Part shown: positions 42,759 to 52,655 of the stretch, piece after piece
Layout: each line of letters opens with the position of its first letter
Position numbering within the stretch: the first letter of the stretch is position 1
NCBI GenBank assembly: GCA_937625935.1
Contig: OW569386.1
Span: forward strand, 248,001 to 312,000
Reading direction: 5' to 3'
From: Tetramitus jugosus
Taxonomy: Eukaryota > Protista > Heterolobosea
Length of the DNA stretch: 64,000 nt
Notes under the pieces: generated by a model
What the model was told of the DNA's origin: nothing
The model's input: the letters and a program-made list of their open reading frames with translations, nothing else
The model's database searches: none
Program-made: the position numbers and the translations under genes

Positions 42759-44024
42759 TTAGAAGCGAATATTGTATGAAGCACCAACACCCCAGTTTCC
42801 TTTGGTGTCAACATTGCCACCAGCTTGGAAGCCACCGTTTCTGTAACCACCATTGGCGCTAAATCCATTGTTGGAAGCATTTCCTCCAACAAACCAGTCT
42901 TCTGGGTCGACATCTTCTTCGTCATCCTTGGAAGTATATTCGAAACCAGCGTTCCACTTGCCACCGTTGGAGGCATTGCCATGGACCTTCCAGTCTTCAA
43001 CATCCTCTTCGTCGTCCTTGGAGTTGTACTCGAAGCCTGCTTGCCATTGACCACCGTTTGCGGCATTACCGTAAACCTTCCAGTCCTCAGGATCAATCTC
43101 TTCTTCGTCATCCTTTGAGGTCCATTCGAAACCAGCGTTCCATTTTCCGCCATTGGCAACGTTTCCATTCACCTTCCAGTCTTCAACATCTTCTTCGTCG
43201 TCCTTGGAAGTATATTCAAAGCCAGCTTGCCATTGACCACCGTTGGCAGCGTTTCCATAGACCTTCCAGTCTTCTGGATCGACTTCCTCGTCGTCCTTGG
43301 AGTTGTATTCGAATCCAGCGTTCCATTGACCACCGTTTTGAGCATTTCCGTAAACCTTCCAGTCCTCAGGGTCAACTTCTTCGTCATCCTTGGAGTTGTA
43401 CTCGAAACCTGCTTGCCATTGGCCGCCGTTTGCAGCATTGCCATAGACCTTCCAGTCTTCTGGGTCAACTTCTTCTTCGTCGTCCTTGGAAGTATATTCG
43501 AAACCAGCTTGCCATTGACCACCGTTTGCGGCATTACCGTAAACCTTCCAGTCCTCAGGATCAATCTCTTCTTCGTCGTCCTTTGATGTCCATTCGAAAC
43601 CGGCATTCCATTTTCCACCATTGGCAACGTTTCCATTCACCTTCCAGTCTTCAACATCTTCTTCGTCGTCCTTGGAGTTGTACTCGAAGCCAGCATTCCA
43701 CCTTCTTCCGTTGGCAATGTTTCCGTGAACCTTCCATCGCTCCTCATCAATCTCTTCTTGATCATTCTTGGATCTCCATTCGAAGCCAGCGTTCCACTTT
43801 CCGCCGTTTGCGACGTTACCGTGGACCTTCCAGTCTTCTGGGTCAGCTTCCTCAACAGCAATAGCCTTGGAAACAAGTTGGCAGACTCTAGAGCAGATAG
43901 CTTGAGAGTTTCCACGACCTAGGCAGTGCTTCATGCACAAGCTGTCGACAGTGGCGGCAGTCTTGGCTGAGCAGATGGCGACAAGTGCCAATACGCAGAA
44001 CAGGAACAAAGAAATTGTCTTCAT
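42759..44024 (-). CDS. Secreted tandem-repeat polyprotein (421 aa), putative multi-core peptide precursor
   Basis: Signal peptide MKTISLFLFCVLALVAICSA; CX3C-X9-CX3C motif; ten repeats of WKVxGNxxNGxxWxAGFEx(T/N/R)SK with acidic spacers; terminal Gly-rich unit. Confidence 0.9.
   Translation of the reverse strand: MKTISLFLFCVLALVAICSAKTAATVDSLCMKHCLGRGNSQAICSRVCQLVSKAIAVEEADPEDWKVHGNVANGGKWNAGFEWRSKNDQEEIDEERWKVHGNIANGRRWNAGFEYNSKDDEEDVEDWKVNGNVANGGKWNAGFEWTSKDDEEEIDPEDWKVYGNAANGGQWQAGFEYTSKDDEEEVDPEDWKVYGNAANGGQWQAGFEYNSKDDEEVDPEDWKVYGNAQNGGQWNAGFEYNSKDDEEVDPEDWKVYGNAANGGQWQAGFEYTSKDDEEDVEDWKVNGNVANGGKWNAGFEWTSKDDEEEIDPEDWKVYGNAANGGQWQAGFEYNSKDDEEDVEDWKVHGNASNGGKWNAGFEYTSKDDEEDVDPEDWFVGGNASNNGFSANGGYRNGGFQAGGNVDTKGNWGVGASYNIRF
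42897..43832 (-). repeat. Ten coding tandem repeats of 90-96 nt (30-32 aa)
   Basis: Unit lengths 32,30,32,32,31,31,30,32,30,32 aa sum to 312 aa = 936 nt; units 3-4 and 8-9 form a higher-order duplication. Confidence 0.95.
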
Positions 44025-44454
44025 CTTGTTATTTGAATTCAAAAGTATGTGTTTGGATGTTTTTTCGTTTTTGGATGTTTCAGCAGAAAACTGCTGCTGG
44101 GTGTTGGGCAGCTTTATGGTTGAGGCGAGGGGCGTGGCAGCCATTGTAAAAAATTGTAAGTTCGCTCGGAAAAAAGTAATTGATTGATGTCCGAGCAGGA
44201 GAAATGGTGGAGGTCACCTTTCGGCGTTATCTCAAGTTGGAATACTCCATTCCACAAGATATTTCCCCTCTACAAGTCCCTCTAGCTCTCGCGTTTCTTT
44301 CGCTTCCTTGTGTGTGAACCAAAGATCTTTGGTCCATATAGAGGGGAATTTTGCAATATAATTATTGTGAGTTGGTTGCATGGCAGGAGTTGACTCAGAG
44401 GCGAAAACCATTCAAAGTTACTCATAGGTACATCCAACGACTTCGTAGTTCCCT

Positions 44455-45122
44455 TTAGACGAGATACTTCTTGTTAAGCATGCCCTTGAATTCTTCAAAG
44501 TCAACCATACCATTTTTGTCCAAGTCCATCCTCTCCATGAGTTGGTCACAATCTACAGTCAGGTCAAACTTTCGGCACAACTGTCGTATCCTAGAATATT
44601 ACCAAAGACAAATGATACAACAACAGTTGGATTACTTTCAATTGCTTACAAATCTAAACAATTCCCAACATACTTGTCAAAATGAATCTTTCCCTTTTTG
44701 TCTTCTGTACCTCCCATTGCAACAAACGCACCAATCTATAGCATGTAGTGAATAGATTTGGTTGATTAGTAGAGTTGTTCAATTGGTCGAATCAGAAACG
44801 AATCATTAGTTAACCGTACCATGTCCTGCTCATTTTCTCCATCTTCGTCATTCTGCTTCAAATACAACTCCAATAATTGAAGAAACACTGAGAAGGACAC
44901 AGTGTTTAGCTCTTCTCCATTAATGGGTGTCTTTTCTTCTCCCGTATCTTCACTCTCGACCTCGTTCAGCATACCGAACAATTCATGCTCTGATATTGGA
45001 TAACCCATGCTCATAAATATGGCGGCCACATCAAACAAGGAAATAGAGCCTTTGGAATCAGGATCATACATTTGAAAGGCTACTCTAATCTTTTCGATCG
45101 TGTCATTATCGAAAGAACTCAT
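44455..45122 (-). CDS. Calmodulin-like EF-hand protein, outer-arm dynein light chain LC4-like; introns 44736-44819 and 44591-44673
   Basis: Spliced product AFQMYDPDSKGSI...EQDM|IGAFVAMGGTEDKKGKIHFDK|IRQLCRKFDLTVD...MDLDKNGMVDFEEFKGML; AFVAxGG..DKxG and FxLT are LC4-type motifs. Confidence 0.8.
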
Positions 45123-45268
45123 CGTTATTCTTGGATCTAGTTAATAAGAGGTGTGTTAGTCGACTGGATGAAAAAACGATACTCTATGATTTCTTCGTTC
45201 CAACAAAGGTTTTTACTGTAGGTGTCGGAATTTTGTTGACAGCTTCTGTCAAAAGAAGTCCAATTGCA

Positions 45269-46135
45269 CTAACTGGCTCTGAAAATTGTTAACCTTGAGA
45301 ACCGAGATAATCTGGAAGCTCTCTTTGACATGGACGCACCCATGCTGCTTTCATCTTCATCATTCATTTCAATTTCAGCAGCTGCAGCAGTTCCAGGTCT
45401 CCTCTCAAACTCCTTCCACTTGAAAACAGTCATGTGCAGCACAAACAAACTGGACACAACACCCCACACACAAATTATCCAATCAAATATAGGTGTTACA
45501 ATATATTTTCCATGGTGACAGGTGTGAGACATCAATGGATCCGATGAATCAAACTCGATTGTGGTGTTCGCATGGACAGAAATGGGATTTTTTGCACCAC
45601 TCATTCCACCTTGACACCAACTCACTGCTCGCCCCAGGTAAACAGCATCCGTTATACCCATGACTGCAAACCCTATACTCAACACAAAGATCATGGGTAT
45701 CACAATCCACATCATAATTCTCCATTTGATCAAGAGACCAACAATGACAAATACGCTAATGACTGCAATCAACAGAGTTCCACCAATTCGCGGAACAGAC
45801 AGCTCATAGTTCCACGCGCACTGTAAACTTTTTGTATCGTTGCCGAATCGGATCGCAAAAGGCCGATGAGCGGAGTAACCCTCCGAACTTGTGCAAGGAT
45901 CCGATTTGGAAAGCGGAGTCTTTGGTGGAAGAGAGTACTGCTTTGTTGATGTCACTGACTTGATTTGGGACAGTGAATACGAGAATAAGAAGAGCGAGAG
46001 AATGGTCAGCGAGACAAAGAGAGCAATAATGATACCAGGCCGAATGCACGTGTTGCAATTGAACTGACCACCAGCACTACTACCAGTGTTTGGTGTATAT
46101 GGTGGTGTTGTCTGCTGTGATGGTGCGTTGTTCAT
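45269..46135 (-). CDS. Four-TM membrane protein with Cys-containing loops
   Basis: Four hydrophobic segments and paired Cys in two loops; family unassigned. Confidence 0.7.
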   Translation of the reverse strand: MNNAPSQQTTPPYTPNTGSSAGGQFNCNTCIRPGIIIALFVSLTILSLFLFSYSLSQIKSVTSTKQYSLPPKTPLSKSDPCTSSEGYSAHRPFAIRFGNDTKSLQCAWNYELSVPRIGGTLLIAVISVFVIVGLLIKWRIMMWIVIPMIFVLSIGFAVMGITDAVYLGRAVSWCQGGMSGAKNPISVHANTTIEFDSSDPLMSHTCHHGKYIVTPIFDWIICVWGVVSSLFVLHMTVFKWKEFERRPGTAAAAEIEMNDEDESSMGASMSKRASRLSRFSRLTIFRAS

Positions 46136-46286
46136 CCGATGTGTGTGTCGTCGTCCTTAATGTTGTTGATGTATGTCGAGGTTGTCGTTGCGGTGAACAA
46201 GTTCCAAATTCTTCTTCTGTGCGAAACTTTGTTTCACAATCCTTGGCGACATTTTTTTCCGTTGACACTTGGCGCCAAAATACGGT

Positions 46287-48281
46287 TTACACAAATTGGT
46301 GACGCAGGAGAATGATGGTTCCCAGGAATAGAACTGTCATGGCCGTCAAAATACCAAAGAATGGATACAAATTATCCACATGGTCGCCTTGTCCGATGAC
46401 CCGAACATTCATACCGAATACTCCGGCAATGATTGTCGGTGGAATAAACAGTAGAGCCAGAATACTTAGTCGATTCATGAAGGCATCTGTTCTACCGCTT
46501 GACTCCACAATTTCCATCTGAACTTTTGTGAGGTAGTTGTGATGAGCATGGACGAGATTTTGACGCGCTACATCCAGTTTCTCTAAACAAATCTCCAAAT
46601 GATCAATAATGTCTCTCAAGTAGAACTGTACGTTTGTTGTGATGAAGCGACACTGTTGTTCGATGAGATCATTGGTAATCTTTCTCTTGGGAACGAGTAC
46701 GCGACCAAGAGACACTGAATTCTTCTTTGCTAATCCAATTCTTTTCAACAGATCCTCTCTTTCTTCCTTTTCTAATTCGTACACCATATTGTCAATATGT
46801 TCCACTTCGAATATCAATGAGTTCACATTTGGAATGTACATGTCGACCATTGCGTCCAAAAAGGCATACAGAACCCAGTCACTGCTGGGAATTGTTGTAC
46901 ATTTGGGATATATAGCTCTCGAGTCATCATCACTCGGATTCGTTGGAGTAGTCGCAGTATTAAGAATGTTTGTTTTGGTGATGATTTGTGGATTGGATAT
47001 AGTACCATCCTCCATGCTGTGATCTATGGAAATATCAGGCAGCAATATCAAGTTTTCAGAAGAGGGCGATGCTAGACTGCTTTGAGACCGATTCGGTCTG
47101 ATCACATCAACCTTGCTCGATTTTGCTGTTGCCACCGCATGTCTCTTTGCTGTCCTCTGTTCGTCATACTGCTGCATCAATTTTTCAATCTCTGTCTTCG
47201 ATCTGCCCAGATCCAACTCGTACTCTACTTCGATTCTCCTCATGAGAGTGTCGAGACCCTTGATTGGAAACTCGTGAATCGTCAACACGTAATTGCGAAA
47301 CACGAGCAAACTCAACTGTATTTCATTCATGTTGGGATTCCGGTTCAGCACTTCTGGAGGAACAGGATTCTCATCGTCCAACTGCCCCTGGAACACAACA
47401 AACATGTACTCTGCAAATGTCTCCCATTTTTCTGAAGCCGATTGACTCATAATGTCCTCTGTCGTCAACGGATGAATACCAAAGTTTTTCTCCATCACAG
47501 CTATATCCTTCTCACTCGGATTCTGAATATCAATCCAAACCGTGCTCTCCGTCTCATTCAAAAACTGTTTAATTGTTTGATGATTCCCAGCTTCAGTCTG
47601 AACGTGCTCCAACAAGTCACTCAACGACAGAAACGCATGACACTCGTGATTGAGACCAATGAGCATATACCTCGTTCCATACTCGTGAAAATCAACCTTT
47701 TTTCTAATGTCGTCAATATTGGTTCCCAAGTTGGGCACACGAGCAGGTATGACATGTGCATGAGAAGATGGATCACTGCTATTGTTTCGATGATGATGAT
47801 GATGGTGACCTCCATTGCCACTACCACTACCACTTCCACCACTTCCTCCATTTCCTCCACTCAATGACTGCACAAAATTTCTAATGTCCTCCTCATAGGC
47901 CGAAGCTTTGCTAATTCGACTTGCAAGTGCCGAATTGACCAAAGTGGTTAATCGTAGAGGATCTTTTATTGGCGCCAAATTTCGGCGCTGATTTTTATTT
48001 TCGTTCGATGACGACGACGAGACATTGCGATGATGATGATGATTGTGGCGGTGGTGATCATCGGAGGAGTGGATCACGGGTCGCACAGGATTGAAATCAG
48101 AGTTGTTTTGAGGAGAAAAGTTTTCGAGTGCATGAGATAGTTGAAGGAGAGTCGTGGTGGCTGAAACGGCAGAGTTGTTATTATTGTTGTTCGTTGCATG
48201 AGCTTTTTTCTTCTTCTTATTGTTCTTGTTGGTGTTGTTGACATTATCACCATGGTCGGCTGAATGGTTGTGGCGTCTCAT
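46287..48281 (-). CDS. CorA/Alr1/Mnr2-type Mg2+ transporter
   Basis: WIDIQNP, FGIHPLTTEDI, YLRDIIDH and C-terminal 2 TM with GVFGMNV. Confidence 0.93.
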   Translation of the reverse strand: MRRHNHSADHGDNVNNTNKNNKKKKKAHATNNNNNNSAVSATTTLLQLSHALENFSPQNNSDFNPVRPVIHSSDDHHRHNHHHHRNVSSSSSNENKNQRRNLAPIKDPLRLTTLVNSALASRISKASAYEEDIRNFVQSLSGGNGGSGGSGSGSGNGGHHHHHHRNNSSDPSSHAHVIPARVPNLGTNIDDIRKKVDFHEYGTRYMLIGLNHECHAFLSLSDLLEHVQTEAGNHQTIKQFLNETESTVWIDIQNPSEKDIAVMEKNFGIHPLTTEDIMSQSASEKWETFAEYMFVVFQGQLDDENPVPPEVLNRNPNMNEIQLSLLVFRNYVLTIHEFPIKGLDTLMRRIEVEYELDLGRSKTEIEKLMQQYDEQRTAKRHAVATAKSSKVDVIRPNRSQSSLASPSSENLILLPDISIDHSMEDGTISNPQIITKTNILNTATTPTNPSDDDSRAIYPKCTTIPSSDWVLYAFLDAMVDMYIPNVNSLIFEVEHIDNMVYELEKEEREDLLKRIGLAKKNSVSLGRVLVPKRKITNDLIEQQCRFITTNVQFYLRDIIDHLEICLEKLDVARQNLVHAHHNYLTKVQMEIVESSGRTDAFMNRLSILALLFIPPTIIAGVFGMNVRVIGQGDHVDNLYPFFGILTAMTVLFLGTIILLRHQFV

Positions 48282-48377
48282 TGTGTTTTTTGCTTTATTT
48301 GGGTTGTGTTTGGGGATGGGGGAGCGAAATTCAAAGGAAGAATCCTGTGAAGGATTCGCTCGTTGTTTTGTTTTGTG

Positions 48378-49500
48378 CTATTTGAATTCCGCATTTACTT
48401 CTTCCTCAAGTCTGCCAAGTATCTTTCGACTGCTGTGGTACTCCAGCCACTGGGCCACGTCTTGACAACAGAAGGTCTTCTCTCCATCATATCATAGTAC
48501 TGCTTGAGCAACGGATACTACGCATCAAATGTAAAAGTTAACTCTTGTCACGTACATGACAATAAAACAAACAATAGAGCTCCCAAGGAAAAACCCAAAC
48601 CAAATAAATAAATAAATAAATACACATACACCTGACAAATCCAATCCAAAACGCACCAATTGTGCCAAATAGGGAAAGAATGCCACATCGACAAGCATAA
48701 TGTTCGTACCACCTAAAAATTCAGCTCCATGCGACATGAGTAACTTTTCCCATCTGGTCAACTCGATATCAAGACTTGTTTTCCATTCCTATGTATTCCA
48801 TTCAAATTATTTAAAATGAATAACACATGAAAAAAAGAAAAAATCAAAGTTAAACGAGTTCGAACAATCATCATCTTTAAAAAAACTTTCATCATAATCA
48901 TTACTACTACTACTACTTACTCTCAACTTTTCTTTCAACACCTTCTTGTCAATCTTCTCATGAACCAAGTGTGCAAGGATGGAACGAGCAGTGTTGGCCC
49001 ACACTCCAATACTCTCACTAAACAAAACCAAGTTATGAGTGTATTCACCTCTATTTTCAAGTGTAGGTTGTCCTAAGAGTGGCGCATCTGGATAATATGT
49101 CTCAATATATAGTAACATGGCACTCTCTTCATGTAAGATGGCATCGACATCTGTCATGATCGGTAATTCTCCTCTAGGGTTCAATTTCAAGATGTCTTCT
49201 TGTTCATGTTCCTTCTGTACATTACGAATTCGAATTCGTTGCACACAGTCATAAAAGCTTTCGTGTGAGCATTTCCATTTTTTTGAGCGCGCTCAAATAC
49301 CTTTCGTTTACAGTGCCGCGGCATTCTCTCAATCAAAAAAATATATATAACACACATGTGACGAATCATTGAATTCATACCTGACTGAGAACAATCAATC
49401 TAGTTTCATATTTCAACTTTTTCTCTTCCAGCATGAGACGGATTCTCCATCCGATACTGGTATACTTTTTTTCCATCGGTCGGTACAGTGTGATGACCAT
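48378..49500 (-). CDS. Glutathione S-transferase, 4 exons; introns 49215-49380, 48789-48920, 48518-48629
   Basis: Spliced product MVITLY...WRIRLMLEEKKLKYE..SQ|KEHEQEDILKLNPRGELP...HEESAMLLYIE...FLGGTNIMLVDVAFFP...|YPLLKQYYDMMERRPSVVKTWP. Confidence 0.85.
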
Positions 49501-49946
49501 TTTTTTTCACTTTTTTGTTTGGGTCGGGATAAAGAGAGGGAATTGGGGTTTTCCACACAGACAAGCAAGTGATATCCTAAGTAAAGGCTTTTTGTCACAC
49601 CACAGAAAATTTTTGTTTTTGTTGTGAGATAAGTTTTGATGTGTGACAGATCGCAATTGAATGTTCCCGCTTTTTTTCGGACTAATAGTAAGTCAGCAAC
49701 ACATTGAGGAGGCTCCAGAATGGAAGCTTCAGAAGACCATTGGTCACAAAGTTTGTTCTTCGATCCATTCCACAGTGTGGCTTTACTCATCATTCCCTCC
49801 GAAATCGGACAATCCCAATCACCAAGCACCTCCGACAATCAGATTTACAAAACGACATTCCGCCACGATCAAATTCAAAAAAACAAGCACACCACAACCA
49901 ACAAACAAAACACCCAACATCAACAACATCAACAAGTAAAAAAAAA

Positions 49947-50927
49947 ATGAAGTTTGCCACCTTAAACAACGGAACCAGAGACGGAACACTGATCATTGTC
50001 AGCAGAGATCTCACCAGATACTCTCTGCCATCCACTCAAACCACTCTTCAAAAATCATTGGACGACAATTCATTGTCTCAATTCCAACCACTGTACGATC
50101 AATTGAACAATGATCAAAACTTTGGTCAAGAGTTGGATATGACTCAATTGACTAGTCCTTTGCCAAGAGCTTATGAATGGATTGATGGAAGTGCCTATAT
50201 TAATCATGTTGTTCTTGTGAGAAGGGCAAGAAACGCTGAACCTCCAGCGACACTCAAGACTGATCCATTGATTTATCAGGGAGGAAGTGGTGTTTTTTTG
50301 GCACCTACTCAGGACATTGAACATTTCTCTACGGATTATGGCATTGATTTTGAGAGTGAGATTGCTGTTGTGACGGACGATGTTCCAATGGGTACTTTGG
50401 CCAGTGAAGCTGAAAAACACATCAAGTTGATCATGTTGGTCAATGATGTCTCACTTCGAAATTTGATTCCTGAAGAGTTGGCCAAGGGATTCGGCTTTTT
50501 TGTCTCCAAGCCAAGCACTGCTTTCTCACCCATTGCCATTACACCTGATGAGTTGACTGCTGGTGTAGAGTGGAAGGAAGGACGTGTTCATTTGCCTCTC
50601 AATACCATTTACAATGGTCAATTGTTTGGTAATCCTGACTCTGGTCCAGAAATGCACTTTTCATTCTTGGATCTGATTCAACATGTGACCAGAACGAGAG
50701 CACTCACTGCTGGTACCATTATTGGTAGCGGAACTGTGAGCAATGAAGACAGAAGCAAGGGCAGTTCCTGCTTGGCCGAAAAGAGAATGATTGAAAAGAT
50801 TGACACTGGTGTCTTCTCTACTCCATTCATGCAATTCGGTGACACGATTGAGATTTACATGAACAATAGTGAGAACAAGGACTTGTTCGGACACATTAAG
50901 CAAAAGGTTGTTCAAAAGCAAAAGTAA
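49947..50927 (+). CDS. Fumarylacetoacetate hydrolase family protein, bacterial type
   Basis: MKFATLNNGTRDGTLIIVSRDL, SPLPRAYEWIDGSAY, DPLIYQGG, IDFESE, NDVSLR, ELAKGFGF and GTIIGSGTVSN. Confidence 0.9.
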   Translation: MKFATLNNGTRDGTLIIVSRDLTRYSLPSTQTTLQKSLDDNSLSQFQPLYDQLNNDQNFGQELDMTQLTSPLPRAYEWIDGSAYINHVVLVRRARNAEPPATLKTDPLIYQGGSGVFLAPTQDIEHFSTDYGIDFESEIAVVTDDVPMGTLASEAEKHIKLIMLVNDVSLRNLIPEELAKGFGFFVSKPSTAFSPIAITPDELTAGVEWKEGRVHLPLNTIYNGQLFGNPDSGPEMHFSFLDLIQHVTRTRALTAGTIIGSGTVSNEDRSKGSSCLAEKRMIEKIDTGVFSTPFMQFGDTIEIYMNNSENKDLFGHIKQKVVQKQK

Positions 50928-51030
50928 GAAGTGGGGATTGAATAAACAATTGAAAATGACAAGAATTCTTTGGCCAAAGTTTCACTATTTTGATGGTACA
51001 TTTATTTTCACAGTTGTCATCGGATCATCC

Positions 51031-52023
51031 TTACTTTGCAGTGGCTGCTTGACTGAGAATGGATTGCATTTGCTGCTCAAAGTTTCTTTGACCTTCCACC
51101 GGTCCATACGCATTCAAATTCAATTGAAGCAACTGTTGAACAGCACGATCATAATTCAATTGCAATTCTTGCAATCCTTCAATGGAGAAATTTGCCTTCT
51201 TGTACTCGGATGCCTTTCTTCTGTCCAACCATGCCTTCATCGCATGCTCATAACTGTAGTCTCTCTTGCGGAAAGTAAAGTACACATAACCGAGAATCGC
51301 AGTCGTAAATGTTACAAAATAGGTCATTGGTTCCACAACGTCCCAACCATAATCAACCCAAGTCAACTTTGCAAAGAATGCAGTCTGAGCACTCAAATAA
51401 CCCAATCCCAACCAAACTCTCATGTTCAATGCACTGCTTGCCTTCTCATCCAATGCCACCTTGGTCTTGATGAGTGGAGTAATGCGTTGATGGAGTTGAT
51501 CAATGGATTGTAACAATTCAGTCATTTGAGCTTGGATGGCACTTGGTTGAATCGATGAGTAAATTTGTTGGAGAATGGTTTCTGGCTTGAGAATGACTTC
51601 ATTGCCCAGAGCAGGATTGTTTTCAAAGTGGCAAAAGGTGGCAGACTCATGAAAGTGCTTCAATAGGTCAATAGCTTCACTTGGAGAGAGTTGAGCTTGT
51701 TCTTTGGCAATGTCCAGGTATTCTTGCTTGGAGATGACTGCTTTTCCAAGTTGTTCAAGGTGTTGCTTCAGCTGGAGCACACGAGCGGATTGAGCAAGGG
51801 AGGCCATGTGCGATGCAGCTTCATTTTGAAATGTGGCCGCAGAGTGGTGGAAGGTGCGCAGAGCAGCTGTCGTAAGAGATTTTGGCGCTTTTTTTGTAAA
51901 GTGAAAAGTGAGTGAGGTTAGAAAAAACATTGTGGATTTTGAGGGACAAATGAGTGAATGCCTACCTTGGTTTGTGATTTTGGAGCTTTGGGCGATTGCA
52001 CGGAACAAGTTTCTTCGCATCAT
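51031..52023 (-). CDS. MCU: Mitochondrial calcium uniporter
   Basis: Presequence, coiled coil and two TM helices with selectivity motif LTW..YGWDVVEPMTYF. Confidence 0.93.
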   Translation of the reverse strand: MMRRNLFRAIAQSSKITNQGRHSLICPSKSTMFFLTSLTFHFTKKAPKSLTTAALRTFHHSAATFQNEAASHMASLAQSARVLQLKQHLEQLGKAVISKQEYLDIAKEQAQLSPSEAIDLLKHFHESATFCHFENNPALGNEVILKPETILQQIYSSIQPSAIQAQMTELLQSIDQLHQRITPLIKTKVALDEKASSALNMRVWLGLGYLSAQTAFFAKLTWVDYGWDVVEPMTYFVTFTTAILGYVYFTFRKRDYSYEHAMKAWLDRRKASEYKKANFSIEGLQELQLNYDRAVQQLLQLNLNAYGPVEGQRNFEQQMQSILSQAATAK

Positions 52024-52655
52024 GGTTCTTTGCAGTGTTGTTTGTTGTTTTTGTTGGTTTTGAGATCACAAAAACGTTTTTTGTTGTTGTTTGGGCGGGG
52101 AGAGAGAATGGCGAACTTGTTGTTCATTTGACGAGTTGGTTGGTGTCTGTTCCATGTGCGAAGCAGAATGATATTTGTCCGCGGAGAGTAAAGGCTGCAA
52201 GTTAAAAGTGAATGAGAGAAAGGAAATGTTACAGCAAGTTTACAATCGAAGCACTAACAATCCTGTGACATCCAATTACATCGCTTGTGTAGAATCGTAT
52301 CACTGCAGAAAGAAACGTGCTACTCTCGTCATGCCCCAACGAGTGAAACATGGATGATGCAGCAAATGGTTACGAGCAGTGTTAAATATATGCATGTGAG
52401 GAGCAGAAACTTGCGATAGCGAAGATATCGTTTCGCGAAAAGGAATCCAGTTTGATGTGGTTTTTATTTTCTTCACATCCATCGAGGAATTGATGGGAAT
52501 AGCTCAGTGTCTTTGTTCCCTCGCGGGTCAAACATATCGCACAAACGTTAGTTCCAAATGTCCACTCTGAATGACATGCATGAGGTGCTCTATGGACACG
52601 TCTTTGAGTTCACCTGATAAAGCTTTACAGAACTGTCGTTATTTTTGCTCTGCAT

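Noticed and set aside
42897-43832. CRISPR-like repeat-spacer appearance
   Set aside because: Units are 90-96 nt, in frame and vary synonymously; there are no unique spacers and no cas genes. It is a coding repeat in a eukaryote.
42755-43922. Long alternate-frame and antisense ORFs over the repeat array (e.g. 43058..43864 +)
   Set aside because: Shadow ORFs produced by the repetitive coding sequence; no independent coding signal.
40831-46135. RiPP-type biosynthetic gene cluster around the repeat precursor
   Set aside because: Neighbours are a carrier-like protein, a small orphan, a dynein light chain and a 4-TM protein. No recognisable protease, oxidase, radical SAM, DUF3328 or methyltransferase is adjacent, so any processing enzymes would be elsewhere.
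49704-49946. Upstream extensions of ORF-track calls starting at TTG/GTG (also 2984, 12538, 19525, 31636, 32914, 54305)
   Set aside because: They translate CAA-rich 5' leaders; the eukaryotic ATG starts given in the features fit the protein families better.
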